From: Acholeplasmataceae bacterium
Lineage (GTDB): Bacteria; Bacillota_I; Bacilli_A; Acholeplasmatales; Acholeplasmataceae
Direction: 5' to 3'
Assembly (NCBI GenBank): GCA_963667565.1
Contig: OY763415.1
Span: 1,344,001 to 1,408,000 of the forward strand
DNA: 64,000 nucleotides
Shown here: positions 51,092-60,480 of the stretch, piece by piece
Layout: each line of letters starts with the position of its first letter
How positions within the stretch are numbered: position 1 is the stretch's first letter
The notes under the pieces: model-generated
What the model was told of the DNA's origin: nothing
What the model saw: only the letters and a program-made list of their open reading frames with translations
The model's database searches: none
Made by a program: the position numbers and the translations under genes

Positions 51092-51865
51092 ATGAAACTT
51101 ATTGAGCACATTTGTTTTAATAAAACTGAAAATGATGTGGGATTTCCCTATGCACTAGGTTTTTTCAATCATCAAATTAAATGTGATGATGTAACAATCA
51201 TCGTTGGTGATAATGGCTCAGGTAAGTCAACTTTATTAGAGCTTCTTTCAAAAGAACTCAACTTATATCAAATTGGAGAACCTTTAATTCTACCTAAAAG
51301 AATTGATGTTGATTTAAGGTTTCATTTAAAACGGCCTTTAGGATTTTATTTTTCTGCTGAAGATTTTACATCTTACATTAAACGATTAGTTAATGATAAG
51401 AAGGAAGCTTACCAGGGATTAAAGGATGTTGATGATGCATATAAACATAAATCATTATTTTCTAAACAACAAGCGAGAAGCGCTTATTTAAAAACCATCG
51501 CTGAAATTGATAAAATGTATGAAAAAGATTTATTAATCTCATCCCATGGAGAGTCTTATTTGAACTTTTTTCGTTCAAGAATGAGACCAAATCAGCTCTT
51601 TATTCTAGATGAACCTGAGACGCCTTTATCATTTGAAAATCAACTTGCACTTATTTATATGATTCATGATGCTGTATCTGAAGGTTCTCAATTCATCATT
51701 GCTACACATTCACCAGTTATATGTGCATATCCAAATGCTAAAATCTACCAGTTATCAAATGATAGCATCACTGAAACATCATATGACCAATTAGACTCTG
51801 TTCGGCTCATGAAAGACTTTCTTCTTATGCCTGAACGATATTTTAACCATTTATTAAAAAAGTAA
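51092..51865 (+). CDS. ABC-like/AAA ATPase (SHGE type)
   Basis: GDNGSGKST, SHGES, ILDEPE, IATHSP. Confidence 0.85.
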   Translation: MKLIEHICFNKTENDVGFPYALGFFNHQIKCDDVTIIVGDNGSGKSTLLELLSKELNLYQIGEPLILPKRIDVDLRFHLKRPLGFYFSAEDFTSYIKRLVNDKKEAYQGLKDVDDAYKHKSLFSKQQARSAYLKTIAEIDKMYEKDLLISSHGESYLNFFRSRMRPNQLFILDEPETPLSFENQLALIYMIHDAVSEGSQFIIATHSPVICAYPNAKIYQLSNDSITETSYDQLDSVRLMKDFLLMPERYFNHLLKK

Positions 51866-51883
51866 GCAAATAAGCTTACTTTT
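51858..51883. terminator. Bidirectional terminator
   Basis: AAAAGTAAGC-AAATAA-GCTTACTTTT. Confidence 0.65.
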
Positions 51884-53444
51884 ATTTTCCTGAATCTCCA
51901 TAATTCTTTAAAAATCTAGCACTTGGGTCATCTACATTACAACCTTCCCAAGCTTTATTAGGCATCCAGTAATCTTTAATTAAATGCCCATGATTTTTAT
52001 AGTGCATCTCAAATATATCACGATAAAGAAGTGCTTCTTTCGTTGGTGGAATTGGTAAATACTGATCTTTCTTTTTCATAAATGTTTCATCTGAATAAAT
52101 ACTTTCAGCATATGCTTTTAATATATCTACCATACTATGACCCACAGCATCACTAAATGCTGCTTTTTGTCTATAAAGAATTTCATCTGGTAAATACTCT
52201 TTTTCAAATGCTTTTCTAAGGAGATACTTCCCCATATTGTAGGTATTCATCTTTTTAGCAGGATCAATTCGAATCACATAATCGACGAAGGAAAGATCAC
52301 CAAATGGGACACGTGCTTCTAATGAATGATATGCTAAACATCGATCTGCTCTTAGAACATCATACATATATAATTCTTTCATACGCTTGATTTCATCTTC
52401 TTGAAATGCTTCTTTGCTTGGAGCAAAGTCAGTATATTTATATCCAAAAAGTTCGTCACTCACTTCACCTGTTAATAACACTTTAATATCTGTATGTTCG
52501 TGAATATACTTACTCACTAAAAACATACCAATAGATGCTCTTACTGTTGTGATATCAAATGATTCAAGCGCATAAATAACCTCACTTAAAGATCCAATCA
52601 CATCTTCTTTTGTCATAATAACTTCATGATGTTCTGTTCCTAAATACTTTGATACAATCTTTGCATATTTTAAATCAATGGGATCACTATCCATCCCAAT
52701 ACTAAATGTCTTGAGTGGTTTTTTTGATTGTCTTGCTGCAACCGCACATACCAAGCTAGAATCTAAGCCACCAGACAATAAATATCCGATAGGCGCATCA
52801 CTATGCATGCGCTTAATAATGCCTTTTTTAAGTCTTTCTTCGATTTCTTTAAATATCATCTCATGTGTATCCTCATGATACTTCACATCATCAAAAATGT
52901 CTGTATATTTAACAAACGCACCTTGGTAATAATAATGTCCTGGTGGAAAAGGAATTACCTGGTCAACATTTGAAATGATTGCTTTAGCTTCACTTGAAAA
53001 AACAATTTTTTTGCTGATTTTTTCGAATCCATAAAACAACGGTCTTATCCCAATAGGATCTCTAGCTGCAACAACTTCCCCTTTTTTCTCATCAAATAAC
53101 ACGATTGCAAACTCGGCATCTAATTTATGAAACATCTTTAGCCCAAAAGTTTTATAAAGTGGTAATAAAACTTCACAGTCAGATGTTGATTTAAATTGAT
53201 ATTCTACTTCTTTTTTTAACGCTTCTTCATTATATATTTCAGCGTTTGCTACTAAAATTACTTCTTCATCATAAAAAGGTTGCATCCCTGTTTCATGTAA
53301 ATCCATAATCGCTAATCGATTAAAATAAAATCTATATCCTTTTCCAATCACTTTCATTTGTTGATCTGGACCTCTATAAATCATACATTTTGATCCATCG
53401 TCAAATTGAACTTCTTCACTTGTTGAAACTAAAATACCGCACAT
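51882..53444 (-). CDS. asnB: Asparagine synthetase B (glutamine-hydrolysing)
   Basis: Start placed at MCGI (Ntn Cys2); RLAIMD, RDPIGIRPL, LSGGLDSS. Confidence 0.95.
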   Translation of the reverse strand: MCGILVSTSEEVQFDDGSKCMIYRGPDQQMKVIGKGYRFYFNRLAIMDLHETGMQPFYDEEVILVANAEIYNEEALKKEVEYQFKSTSDCEVLLPLYKTFGLKMFHKLDAEFAIVLFDEKKGEVVAARDPIGIRPLFYGFEKISKKIVFSSEAKAIISNVDQVIPFPPGHYYYQGAFVKYTDIFDDVKYHEDTHEMIFKEIEERLKKGIIKRMHSDAPIGYLLSGGLDSSLVCAVAARQSKKPLKTFSIGMDSDPIDLKYAKIVSKYLGTEHHEVIMTKEDVIGSLSEVIYALESFDITTVRASIGMFLVSKYIHEHTDIKVLLTGEVSDELFGYKYTDFAPSKEAFQEDEIKRMKELYMYDVLRADRCLAYHSLEARVPFGDLSFVDYVIRIDPAKKMNTYNMGKYLLRKAFEKEYLPDEILYRQKAAFSDAVGHSMVDILKAYAESIYSDETFMKKKDQYLPIPPTKEALLYRDIFEMHYKNHGHLIKDYWMPNKAWEGCNVDDPSARFLKNYGDSGK

Positions 53445-53473
53445 CTTCATCATCCTTTCAAATTGAAATAAAC

Positions 53474-53725
53474 AAAAAAGAGCCTTCTTCCACTAAAAGG
53501 GACGAATGACTCTTATATCCGCGGTACCACCCAAATTATCAAACTATGTTTGATCACTTTTAAAGTTCTAACAAACTCATATCTCTATAACGGGAGATCC
53601 CGACTTAGCCTACTTTATTTCGGTAAGTACTCCTTGGCGTTTTTCAATCAAGTTATTATATAGACTCTCAGCAACGTCTACTCTCTGTGATAAATCACTT
53701 CATTTACTCTTCCAAATCATCGTTT
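53474..53725 (-). promoter_or_regulatory. T-box riboswitch with Asn (AAC) specifier upstream of asnB
   Basis: Minus strand: AGAGA/GCTGAG stem I motifs, GAA..AAC at 53639-53641, T-box AATTTGGGTGGTACCGCG (53520-53537), CGTCCC antiterminator and U-tailed terminator; TGaTACAAT -10 at 53732-53740. Confidence 0.92.
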
Positions 53726-53765
53726 GAAAAGATTGTATCACACTTAATTACTGATTTGCAATACT

Positions 53766-54749
53766 TTAATTATCATTTTCTTGTAAATGAGAAATTGTAA
53801 CTTGTGGGAATGGAATACCAATTTGATGTGCATCAAATAACAATTTGATTTCACGATTTAATATTCTTTGTACTTGGAATTTGTTATCTTCTTTAGTCAC
53901 TGCAATAATTTTTAAGACAACTGCTGAATCTCCTAATGAAGATATACCCAAATATTTAGGAATTTCTAATATTTCTGGATGGTTTTCAAACATCGTTGGT
54001 AAATACTCATTGACGATTTCTTCAACACGTTTGATATCTTCTCCATATTCAATGCCCACTTCACAAATAGCAACACTGTTTCTTTGAGATGCGTTAATCA
54101 CATTTCTTACATCTCTATTATTGACATATTTAACATCTAGATTCCCTAAATCAAGGAATTTAGTTGTTCTTAAATTGATTTCTAGTACTCTACCTCTAAA
54201 CCCATCTAAATAAACAATATCATCTACTTGATATTGATTATCTAAAATAATGAGGACACCAGCGAGTAAATCTTCAATAATACTTTGTGCACCAAAGCTT
54301 ACTGCAAATCCAATAAGTCCTAATGATACAAGTAATGTTGATGAATCAACACCCCATGCAGATAAGACAAAGATAATGCCTAGTAAAACTAAAAAATAAC
54401 TAATTATAGATCGAAGTAATGTAATTGGTGATGAATTATACGTTTTTTTATCAAGGAATAAAACAAGTGCCCAACCAATGACTTTCTTTAGTATCCAGAT
54501 AAATAATAAGATCGTAAGTGTTTCAATGATTCTTAAATAGTTATTTAGAATCAAGTTACCAATATCAAAAAATTTACCTAATGTTCTTTCTACGATATCA
54601 CCAGCTGTTGTATTTGCATATAATCTAGGAATCGTCATTCCTACTGCGATAGTGATAACAATAATAAATGCTTCAATGCTTGTTTTAATGATTGCTTTTT
54701 TCTTGTGCGGTGCCATTTTTGGCTTTCTTGCTTTTTCTTTCTTAGCCAT
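53766..54749 (-). CDS. MscS-family mechanosensitive channel
   Basis: LGLIGFAVSFGAQ, YQVDD, IGIPFPQ; start moved to MAKKE. Confidence 0.9.
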   Translation of the reverse strand: MAKKEKARKPKMAPHKKKAIIKTSIEAFIIVITIAVGMTIPRLYANTTAGDIVERTLGKFFDIGNLILNNYLRIIETLTILLFIWILKKVIGWALVLFLDKKTYNSSPITLLRSIISYFLVLLGIIFVLSAWGVDSSTLLVSLGLIGFAVSFGAQSIIEDLLAGVLIILDNQYQVDDIVYLDGFRGRVLEINLRTTKFLDLGNLDVKYVNNRDVRNVINASQRNSVAICEVGIEYGEDIKRVEEIVNEYLPTMFENHPEILEIPKYLGISSLGDSAVVLKIIAVTKEDNKFQVQRILNREIKLLFDAHQIGIPFPQVTISHLQENDN

Positions 54750-55875
54750 TGTTTGTTTCTCCTTCAAAATTGATTTGATAAGTGATGACATCATCACCAT
54801 TAAATATAATTGTTATTTGCGTTAATGTCTCATCGAGTATAAGTTCAAAGGTGTATTGGTTTTGATCATAAGAGACAAAAGTCATTTCTTGATCATTGAG
54901 TAAAACTAGATCAATATCTTCTATATTTTCGATAATCGTAATTGTATGTAACAAATTGTAATTTGTATATACATAATTTAGATCATTAAATAGAGATAGA
55001 TCAAGTGTATATAATATGTATTGATGCGTCCCATCCGAGACATAAATATCTAAAGATGTGATTGTGGTTTGAGATAAATCCATCGTTTGAAAATCAGATA
55101 ATAACACTGTCGTTATTTGATCACCAACGATATAATCTACAAAATATATAAATCGTTCATCTAAATTAAATGTGTGATCTATAGTGACATATTGATTTGA
55201 TAATTCAATATTAATATGTCCATCTAGAGGTGCAATCATTTCATAGGTAAATGATTTAATGATTTCATCATTTTTAATCACGTTAAACGTTAATGTTTGT
55301 TGATAGTTAACCTCTGGAATTTCTATCGTTTGATCACCATCAGTAATCATTTCATGGAAATCACTGATATCTGGTGAAGAAAGTGTGATAAGTCCTATAT
55401 CTTCATCTCTCACATAAGAAGATAGTTCAATCTTGATTTCTCTTAAGGTTTTTCTTATGTCACCAACTTCATAAATATCTTTTAAATAAACTTCACTCAT
55501 CTGATCCGTTTGAAAAGCTTTTTCATCAAGTTTTGTCCAAACCATACCATTATCATATTCAACCCAAATTTTATAACTGGTATTTAAATATAAATCTTCG
55601 ACAACACCTTCGTTATATCCTAAATCAAGATCAACATAATATTCTCCATACTGAGAACTTGTTACAAGTCTTATTTGATAATCAGCTGGTGGACTTGTAT
55701 CTTCTGGATCTCTTATTTCTTCTAATTCTAAAGCATAATACACTTTATCTTTGACGACATCGATATCAAATGTATTTAAGATAAGTTGTTGTGCGGCGAT
55801 TGCGACCACTACCGCTGATCCACCAACCGCACCAATCATGCCATACAATATTTTTTTAATTCCATCGTTTTTCAT
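54742..55875 (-). CDS. Hypothetical membrane-anchored protein
   Basis: N-terminal hydrophobic helix, beta-rich acidic remainder; abuts both neighbours. Confidence 0.75.
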   Translation of the reverse strand: MKNDGIKKILYGMIGAVGGSAVVVAIAAQQLILNTFDIDVVKDKVYYALELEEIRDPEDTSPPADYQIRLVTSSQYGEYYVDLDLGYNEGVVEDLYLNTSYKIWVEYDNGMVWTKLDEKAFQTDQMSEVYLKDIYEVGDIRKTLREIKIELSSYVRDEDIGLITLSSPDISDFHEMITDGDQTIEIPEVNYQQTLTFNVIKNDEIIKSFTYEMIAPLDGHINIELSNQYVTIDHTFNLDERFIYFVDYIVGDQITTVLLSDFQTMDLSQTTITSLDIYVSDGTHQYILYTLDLSLFNDLNYVYTNYNLLHTITIIENIEDIDLVLLNDQEMTFVSYDQNQYTFELILDETLTQITIIFNGDDVITYQINFEGETNNG

Positions 55876-58800
55876 TTATATCACATCCTTTTTTGAAACA
55901 CTTCTATGCAATATAAATAAACTTATAGTAAATATGCCTAATCCCATCAACAAAACAATCGAGTGATCACTTTGTTTTGTTTCTGTCATCGTTAAAGTGT
56001 AAGTGTCTAAATCATATGATACTTTTTGTGCTTTATCTGTAGAAATAAAATAAGGATATGCAATAAAATCATCTGAGACTATGACGATTTGGTCACTTAT
56101 TTTCTCACCCATACCGTTTGGTAGTGTATACCAACCCATGAATTCTAGCCCATCTATAGATATCATCAAATCATCAACAAATGCTTCACCTGAAGTGATT
56201 GTGATTGTATATATTTGATGATTAACAATCACAGTAAAATCAAAAGTATGTGCAATCATTTTTGGGTAGACTTGCATATCCCTAGAAGGCATCACTTCTG
56301 TTAATGGTGTAGAATAATTTTCATCTAAATACCATCCATCAAAATCATATCCTTCTAATTGATATGAAATGACATCGATTACACTTTGATAATCATAAGT
56401 ATCGGTTGTAATCGTATTACCATTGTGATCTAACCAAGATACGGTGTATTGATTGATCGTATAAACCGCAGTAATAACAACATCATTTGCGGGCATCATC
56501 TCTGGAAGATTTTCCCAATGATCAAACGTATATCCTTCTTTTTCAGGAATGAAATCAAATGTGATCACATCTCCAAAATCAAATATGATTGCGTTATTTG
56601 ATGATCCACCTTGTGTATCAAATGATAATTCATATGGATTTACCATCCATTTAGCATATAAAATTAAATCCTGATACGTACCTTCTAAGATTGTATCCAT
56701 CTGTGTTTCATATGTTTCATCAACAAACCACCCGCCAAAGGTATATCCTTCTTTAGTTGGATTTAATAAAGGTATATCACTAAATTCAATCGTATATGCT
56801 TGAGGGTTGTTTTCGTTTTGTAAACCATCATTAAGTAGATAAGTAATGTGATATGTAACCACATCCCATTTAGCATATAATGTCAACCCGTCAAGGGGCA
56901 TCGTTGTAAATGTATACGCGTTTTGTAAACTTTGATCACTATACCATCCACCAAATATATATCCATCTTTAGTTGGATCAAGAGGGGCAACAATATCACC
57001 TAAAAACGATTGTTCAATTGGATCAATAACTGAACCGCCTTGTGTATCAAATGTGATTTGATAAGGATTTGCATTCCATTTAGCATATAATGTCATTTGA
57101 TTTAAAGCGCTTGGCTCAATCGTCTGAATTAAAGTATCATAACTAGAATCAAGATACCAGCCATCAAAACTATAACCTGTTCTTGTTGGATCAAACAAAT
57201 TAAATTCTAAAGATTCTACAGTATATGATTCAATATTTAATAAACTATTGATACCACCATTAAGTTCATAATTGATATGATATGTAATCACATCCCATTT
57301 GGCATATAAAGTCAACCCATCAAGTGGCATCGTTGTAAATATATAAGCATTTTGTAAACTTTGATCACTATACCAGCCACCAAATGTATAGCCATCTTTA
57401 GTTGGATCATGAGGTGGATTGATGCTCATCATGTAGTTAGTTGTCATATCATCTACTAAACTTCCACCATTTGATTCAAATGTGATTGAATAACTATTAA
57501 TATTAAATATAGCTGCTAATACCAAATCTTCCGCTGGCATCGTCAAAGGTATCGCTTGATCCCATCCAGCAAAAGTATATCCATCTCTACTTGGATCTTC
57601 TGGTAAAACAATGGATTCACCATAAGAAATCTGCATTTGAGCAATTTCTGTACCTCCATTTGTATCAAAGGTAATTGTATATGTGTTTGTTAACCATCTC
57701 GCATACAAAGTAATGCCATCAAGGGGCATCGTTGTAAATGTATAAGCATTTTGTAATAAAGAATCGCTATACCATCCACCAAAGGTATATCCTTCCTTTG
57801 TTGGATCAAAAGGTGGGTTAACATTCATCATATAAAATGAAGTTATATCATCTACTAAACTTCCACCATTTGATTCAAATGTGATTGAATAACTATTAAT
57901 ACTATAACTAGGTGTAATCACCAAATCTTCTGCAGGCATCGTTAAAGGAATCGCTTGATCCCAGCCATTAAATGTGTATCCTTCTCTACTTGGATTCTCT
58001 GGAGTAATCACCAAATCTCCATAATCTAGAGTGATACTATCAATAGTTGAGCCACCATTAGAATTAAATGAAATGGTGTATTGATTGACTGTCCATTTGG
58101 CATATAATGTAATTCCTCCTAATGGCATCGTTGTAAATGTATAAGGGTTTTTTAAACTTTGATCACTATACCAGCCATCAAATGTATATCCTTCTTTGAT
58201 TGGATCAAGTGGTCTATTCACGTTTAATTCATAACCTAAAGTAATCGTAGATACGTCACTACCACCATTTGATTCAAAATTCATGTCATAAGAAATCGGT
58301 TGATAATGTGCAGTTAAAACTAAATCTCCATAAGAACCTGTTGGAATATATGAAACCCAATCACCATTTTGATTAGTCCAACCTATAAACGAGTATCCTT
58401 CTTTGCTTGGATCATTTAAATAAATGGTTGGATCTTCAATTGTATAAGTTGTCAGATTGTTTGATTCAACACCCTCATTTAAATCATAAGTGATGTGATA
58501 AGTGATTGCTTGATAGTTAGGGAGAATCGTTACATTATAGTTGGGCATCGTTGAAGGTAGGGCTTGATTCCAACCAACAAATGAATAACCATTAACATCA
58601 GAAGGTGTTGGCTGGTTTACATTTGATAAAGAATCTCCATAAATATACTGATTATTAAAAAGGCTTATCCCATTATAATCTAAGAATTTCAACGTATACG
58701 ACTGTTTAATGTTTACAGTGATGGTTTCTTCATAATCACCTAATACTTGATCTGTTGCTAAACCACCATATTCGATAATATATCCTGGTTGTGTACTACT

Positions 58801-59598
58801 AGAGCCTAAATCATTCCAATTTTTAGTTCCAACATAAAATTGAGCATAATCTTCGTTATTGGAATTATTAGGTTCACCAGTAGCCCAATTTTGATATGTA
58901 CTGCTAAGTGTTTGTCCAGCTTCTGGACCAGTAACCCATTTCCAAAGACCTTCAAATGTTTCATCACTCGCACCAATCCATCCATTAGATGAAAGTTTTT
59001 GAGCAACGAATTCGTTTTCCAAAGCACTTGTAATAGTTACAAGATAACCTTGTCTTTCATTAAAATATCTAGTTTGAGCATTCGCCTTTGCATTAGCCCA
59101 ATAAGTGTAGTAAGAAATATATTCATAATAATGTCCTGTAACATCAAAATAGGTGGCATTACCAACACCTGTATTTATGGTAAAACTTAATGATATGTTT
59201 TCTCTATATGTAGACCCACTATGTAGTGTAAATGATCTAAATAATGCTTGATAATTAGCTGCTGTTGTTGATCCTGTTAATGTATAGACACCTTTACTTG
59301 AATTATAACTCACAGTAATCCCAGAAACTGCAGTATATGTTATAGTAGCATCAGATGGCAAATTATTCACAACAACTGATGCACTTGTTATATTGACATC
59401 AGATGAAACAACCATATCAGGTGAAAGTACAATCGATGATGATGTCGCTAAGTTAATGCTGTTTTGAGTTGTAGATATTTGTGTATTTTGAGTTGCTGCA
59501 TAAATACTTTGATTTGAAATTAAAAAGTAGATCGAAAAAGACAACAAAAAAAACATTAATCCAAAAATTAATGGTTTTGTAATTCTTCTTACAAACAT
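55876..59598 (-). CDS. Surface adhesin: C-type lectin domain, about 12 InlB B-repeats and C-terminal TM anchor
   Basis: GHYYEY, GYLVTITS..EN, WIG, EPN and WND motifs; repeated PTKEGYTFGGWY...LYAKW. Confidence 0.9.
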   Translation of the reverse strand: MFVRRITKPLIFGLMFFLLSFSIYFLISNQSIYAATQNTQISTTQNSINLATSSSIVLSPDMVVSSDVNITSASVVVNNLPSDATITYTAVSGITVSYNSSKGVYTLTGSTTAANYQALFRSFTLHSGSTYRENISLSFTINTGVGNATYFDVTGHYYEYISYYTYWANAKANAQTRYFNERQGYLVTITSALENEFVAQKLSSNGWIGASDETFEGLWKWVTGPEAGQTLSSTYQNWATGEPNNSNNEDYAQFYVGTKNWNDLGSSSTQPGYIIEYGGLATDQVLGDYEETITVNIKQSYTLKFLDYNGISLFNNQYIYGDSLSNVNQPTPSDVNGYSFVGWNQALPSTMPNYNVTILPNYQAITYHITYDLNEGVESNNLTTYTIEDPTIYLNDPSKEGYSFIGWTNQNGDWVSYIPTGSYGDLVLTAHYQPISYDMNFESNGGSDVSTITLGYELNVNRPLDPIKEGYTFDGWYSDQSLKNPYTFTTMPLGGITLYAKWTVNQYTISFNSNGGSTIDSITLDYGDLVITPENPSREGYTFNGWDQAIPLTMPAEDLVITPSYSINSYSITFESNGGSLVDDITSFYMMNVNPPFDPTKEGYTFGGWYSDSLLQNAYTFTTMPLDGITLYARWLTNTYTITFDTNGGTEIAQMQISYGESIVLPEDPSRDGYTFAGWDQAIPLTMPAEDLVLAAIFNINSYSITFESNGGSLVDDMTTNYMMSINPPHDPTKDGYTFGGWYSDQSLQNAYIFTTMPLDGLTLYAKWDVITYHINYELNGGINSLLNIESYTVESLEFNLFDPTRTGYSFDGWYLDSSYDTLIQTIEPSALNQMTLYAKWNANPYQITFDTQGGSVIDPIEQSFLGDIVAPLDPTKDGYIFGGWYSDQSLQNAYTFTTMPLDGLTLYAKWDVVTYHITYLLNDGLQNENNPQAYTIEFSDIPLLNPTKEGYTFGGWFVDETYETQMDTILEGTYQDLILYAKWMVNPYELSFDTQGGSSNNAIIFDFGDVITFDFIPEKEGYTFDHWENLPEMMPANDVVITAVYTINQYTVSWLDHNGNTITTDTYDYQSVIDVISYQLEGYDFDGWYLDENYSTPLTEVMPSRDMQVYPKMIAHTFDFTVIVNHQIYTITITSGEAFVDDLMISIDGLEFMGWYTLPNGMGEKISDQIVIVSDDFIAYPYFISTDKAQKVSYDLDTYTLTMTETKQSDHSIVLLMGLGIFTISLFILHRSVSKKDVI

Positions 59599-59731
59599 AA
59601 ATCTTCTCCTATCATAAATAAATTAAAAATTTATATCTATGATATACCGATTCCCCTCTATGCTTTTGTTATCTACATTGCTATTTATTATTATAGCATT
59701 ATAGTATTAAAAAATGATTAAATTTGACTTG

Positions 59732-59760
59732 TTGATTTTTATAAGCTATTCATGTATAAT
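59732..59760 (+). promoter_or_regulatory. Sigma70-type promoter of the glp operon
   Basis: TTGATT-N17-TATAAT. Confidence 0.65.
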
Positions 59761-59782
59761 TTAAGTATAAGTTAAGATGAAC

Positions 59783-59839
59783 AAGAGTTAAGAGCGCGAA
59801 CTGTCAATTTATCATTTTTGACTTCGCCTTTTATTTTTT
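59783..59839 (+). promoter_or_regulatory. Putative GlpP-responsive leader terminator upstream of glpP
   Basis: AAGAGTTAAGAG followed by hairpin GCGAA..GTCAA/TTGAC-TTCGC and U-tract. Confidence 0.55.
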
Positions 59840-59852
59840 CAAAGGAGATATT

Positions 59853-60392
59853 ATGTTTTATAATCAACACATTATTCCTGCTATTTCTAATCATCAAGCT
59901 TTGAAAAAATTTATTGATTCTCCACATACTTATGGAATATTAATGAATTTTCAACTTGCTCAACTCAAAGGGCTGGTTGAAGCAGGGCACAATGCAAATA
60001 AAAAGATACTCATCCATTCAGAATTGATTAAGGGTTTATCACATGATGAATATGGAGCTATCTATTTAATTCAAGAACTCAAAGTAGATGGTCTGATATC
60101 AAGTAAACCAAAAGTGATTGAAGTATGTAAAAAAAGAAATGTGATCGGTATCTTTAGATTTTTCTTAAAAGATAGCATTTCATTAGAACAATCTTTAATG
60201 ATTACAAGAAAGATTGAACCGATTTATTTAGAAGTCTTACCTGCAACTTCTACATCATTAATTGAGTATATCAAAACTCAAGTGAACGCAGAAATACTCA
60301 TGGGTGGTCTCATCCAAAACAAATCACAAATTCAAAACTGTCTAACATCTGGTGCCATTGCAGTCACAACTTCTAATATCGATTTGTGGTAA
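59853..60392 (+). CDS. glpP: Glycerol-3-phosphate-responsive antiterminator
   Basis: LIHSELIKGL, DGLISSK, RFFLKDS, LEVLP, GGLI, AVTTS. Confidence 0.88.
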   Translation: MFYNQHIIPAISNHQALKKFIDSPHTYGILMNFQLAQLKGLVEAGHNANKKILIHSELIKGLSHDEYGAIYLIQELKVDGLISSKPKVIEVCKKRNVIGIFRFFLKDSISLEQSLMITRKIEPIYLEVLPATSTSLIEYIKTQVNAEILMGGLIQNKSQIQNCLTSGAIAVTTSNIDLW

Positions 60393-60412
60393 ATCCATGT
60401 TAATCTAAATTC

Positions 60413-60464
60413 GAGAGTCTAGAGAGAAAAGCAATTTTCATTGTTTTTCTCTTTTTATTTTTTT
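60413..60464 (+). promoter_or_regulatory. Putative GlpP-responsive terminator/antiterminator
   Basis: GAGAGTCTAGAG then AGAGAAAAGCAAT/ATTGTTTTTCTCT hairpin and U-tract before the next RBS. Confidence 0.65.
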
Positions 60465-60480
60465 AGGAAGAAGGTATCTT

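Noticed and set aside
55876..59598. Diversity-generating retroelement target (C-type lectin fold)
   Set aside because: No reverse transcriptase and no template repeat with adenine-specific mismatches in the window.
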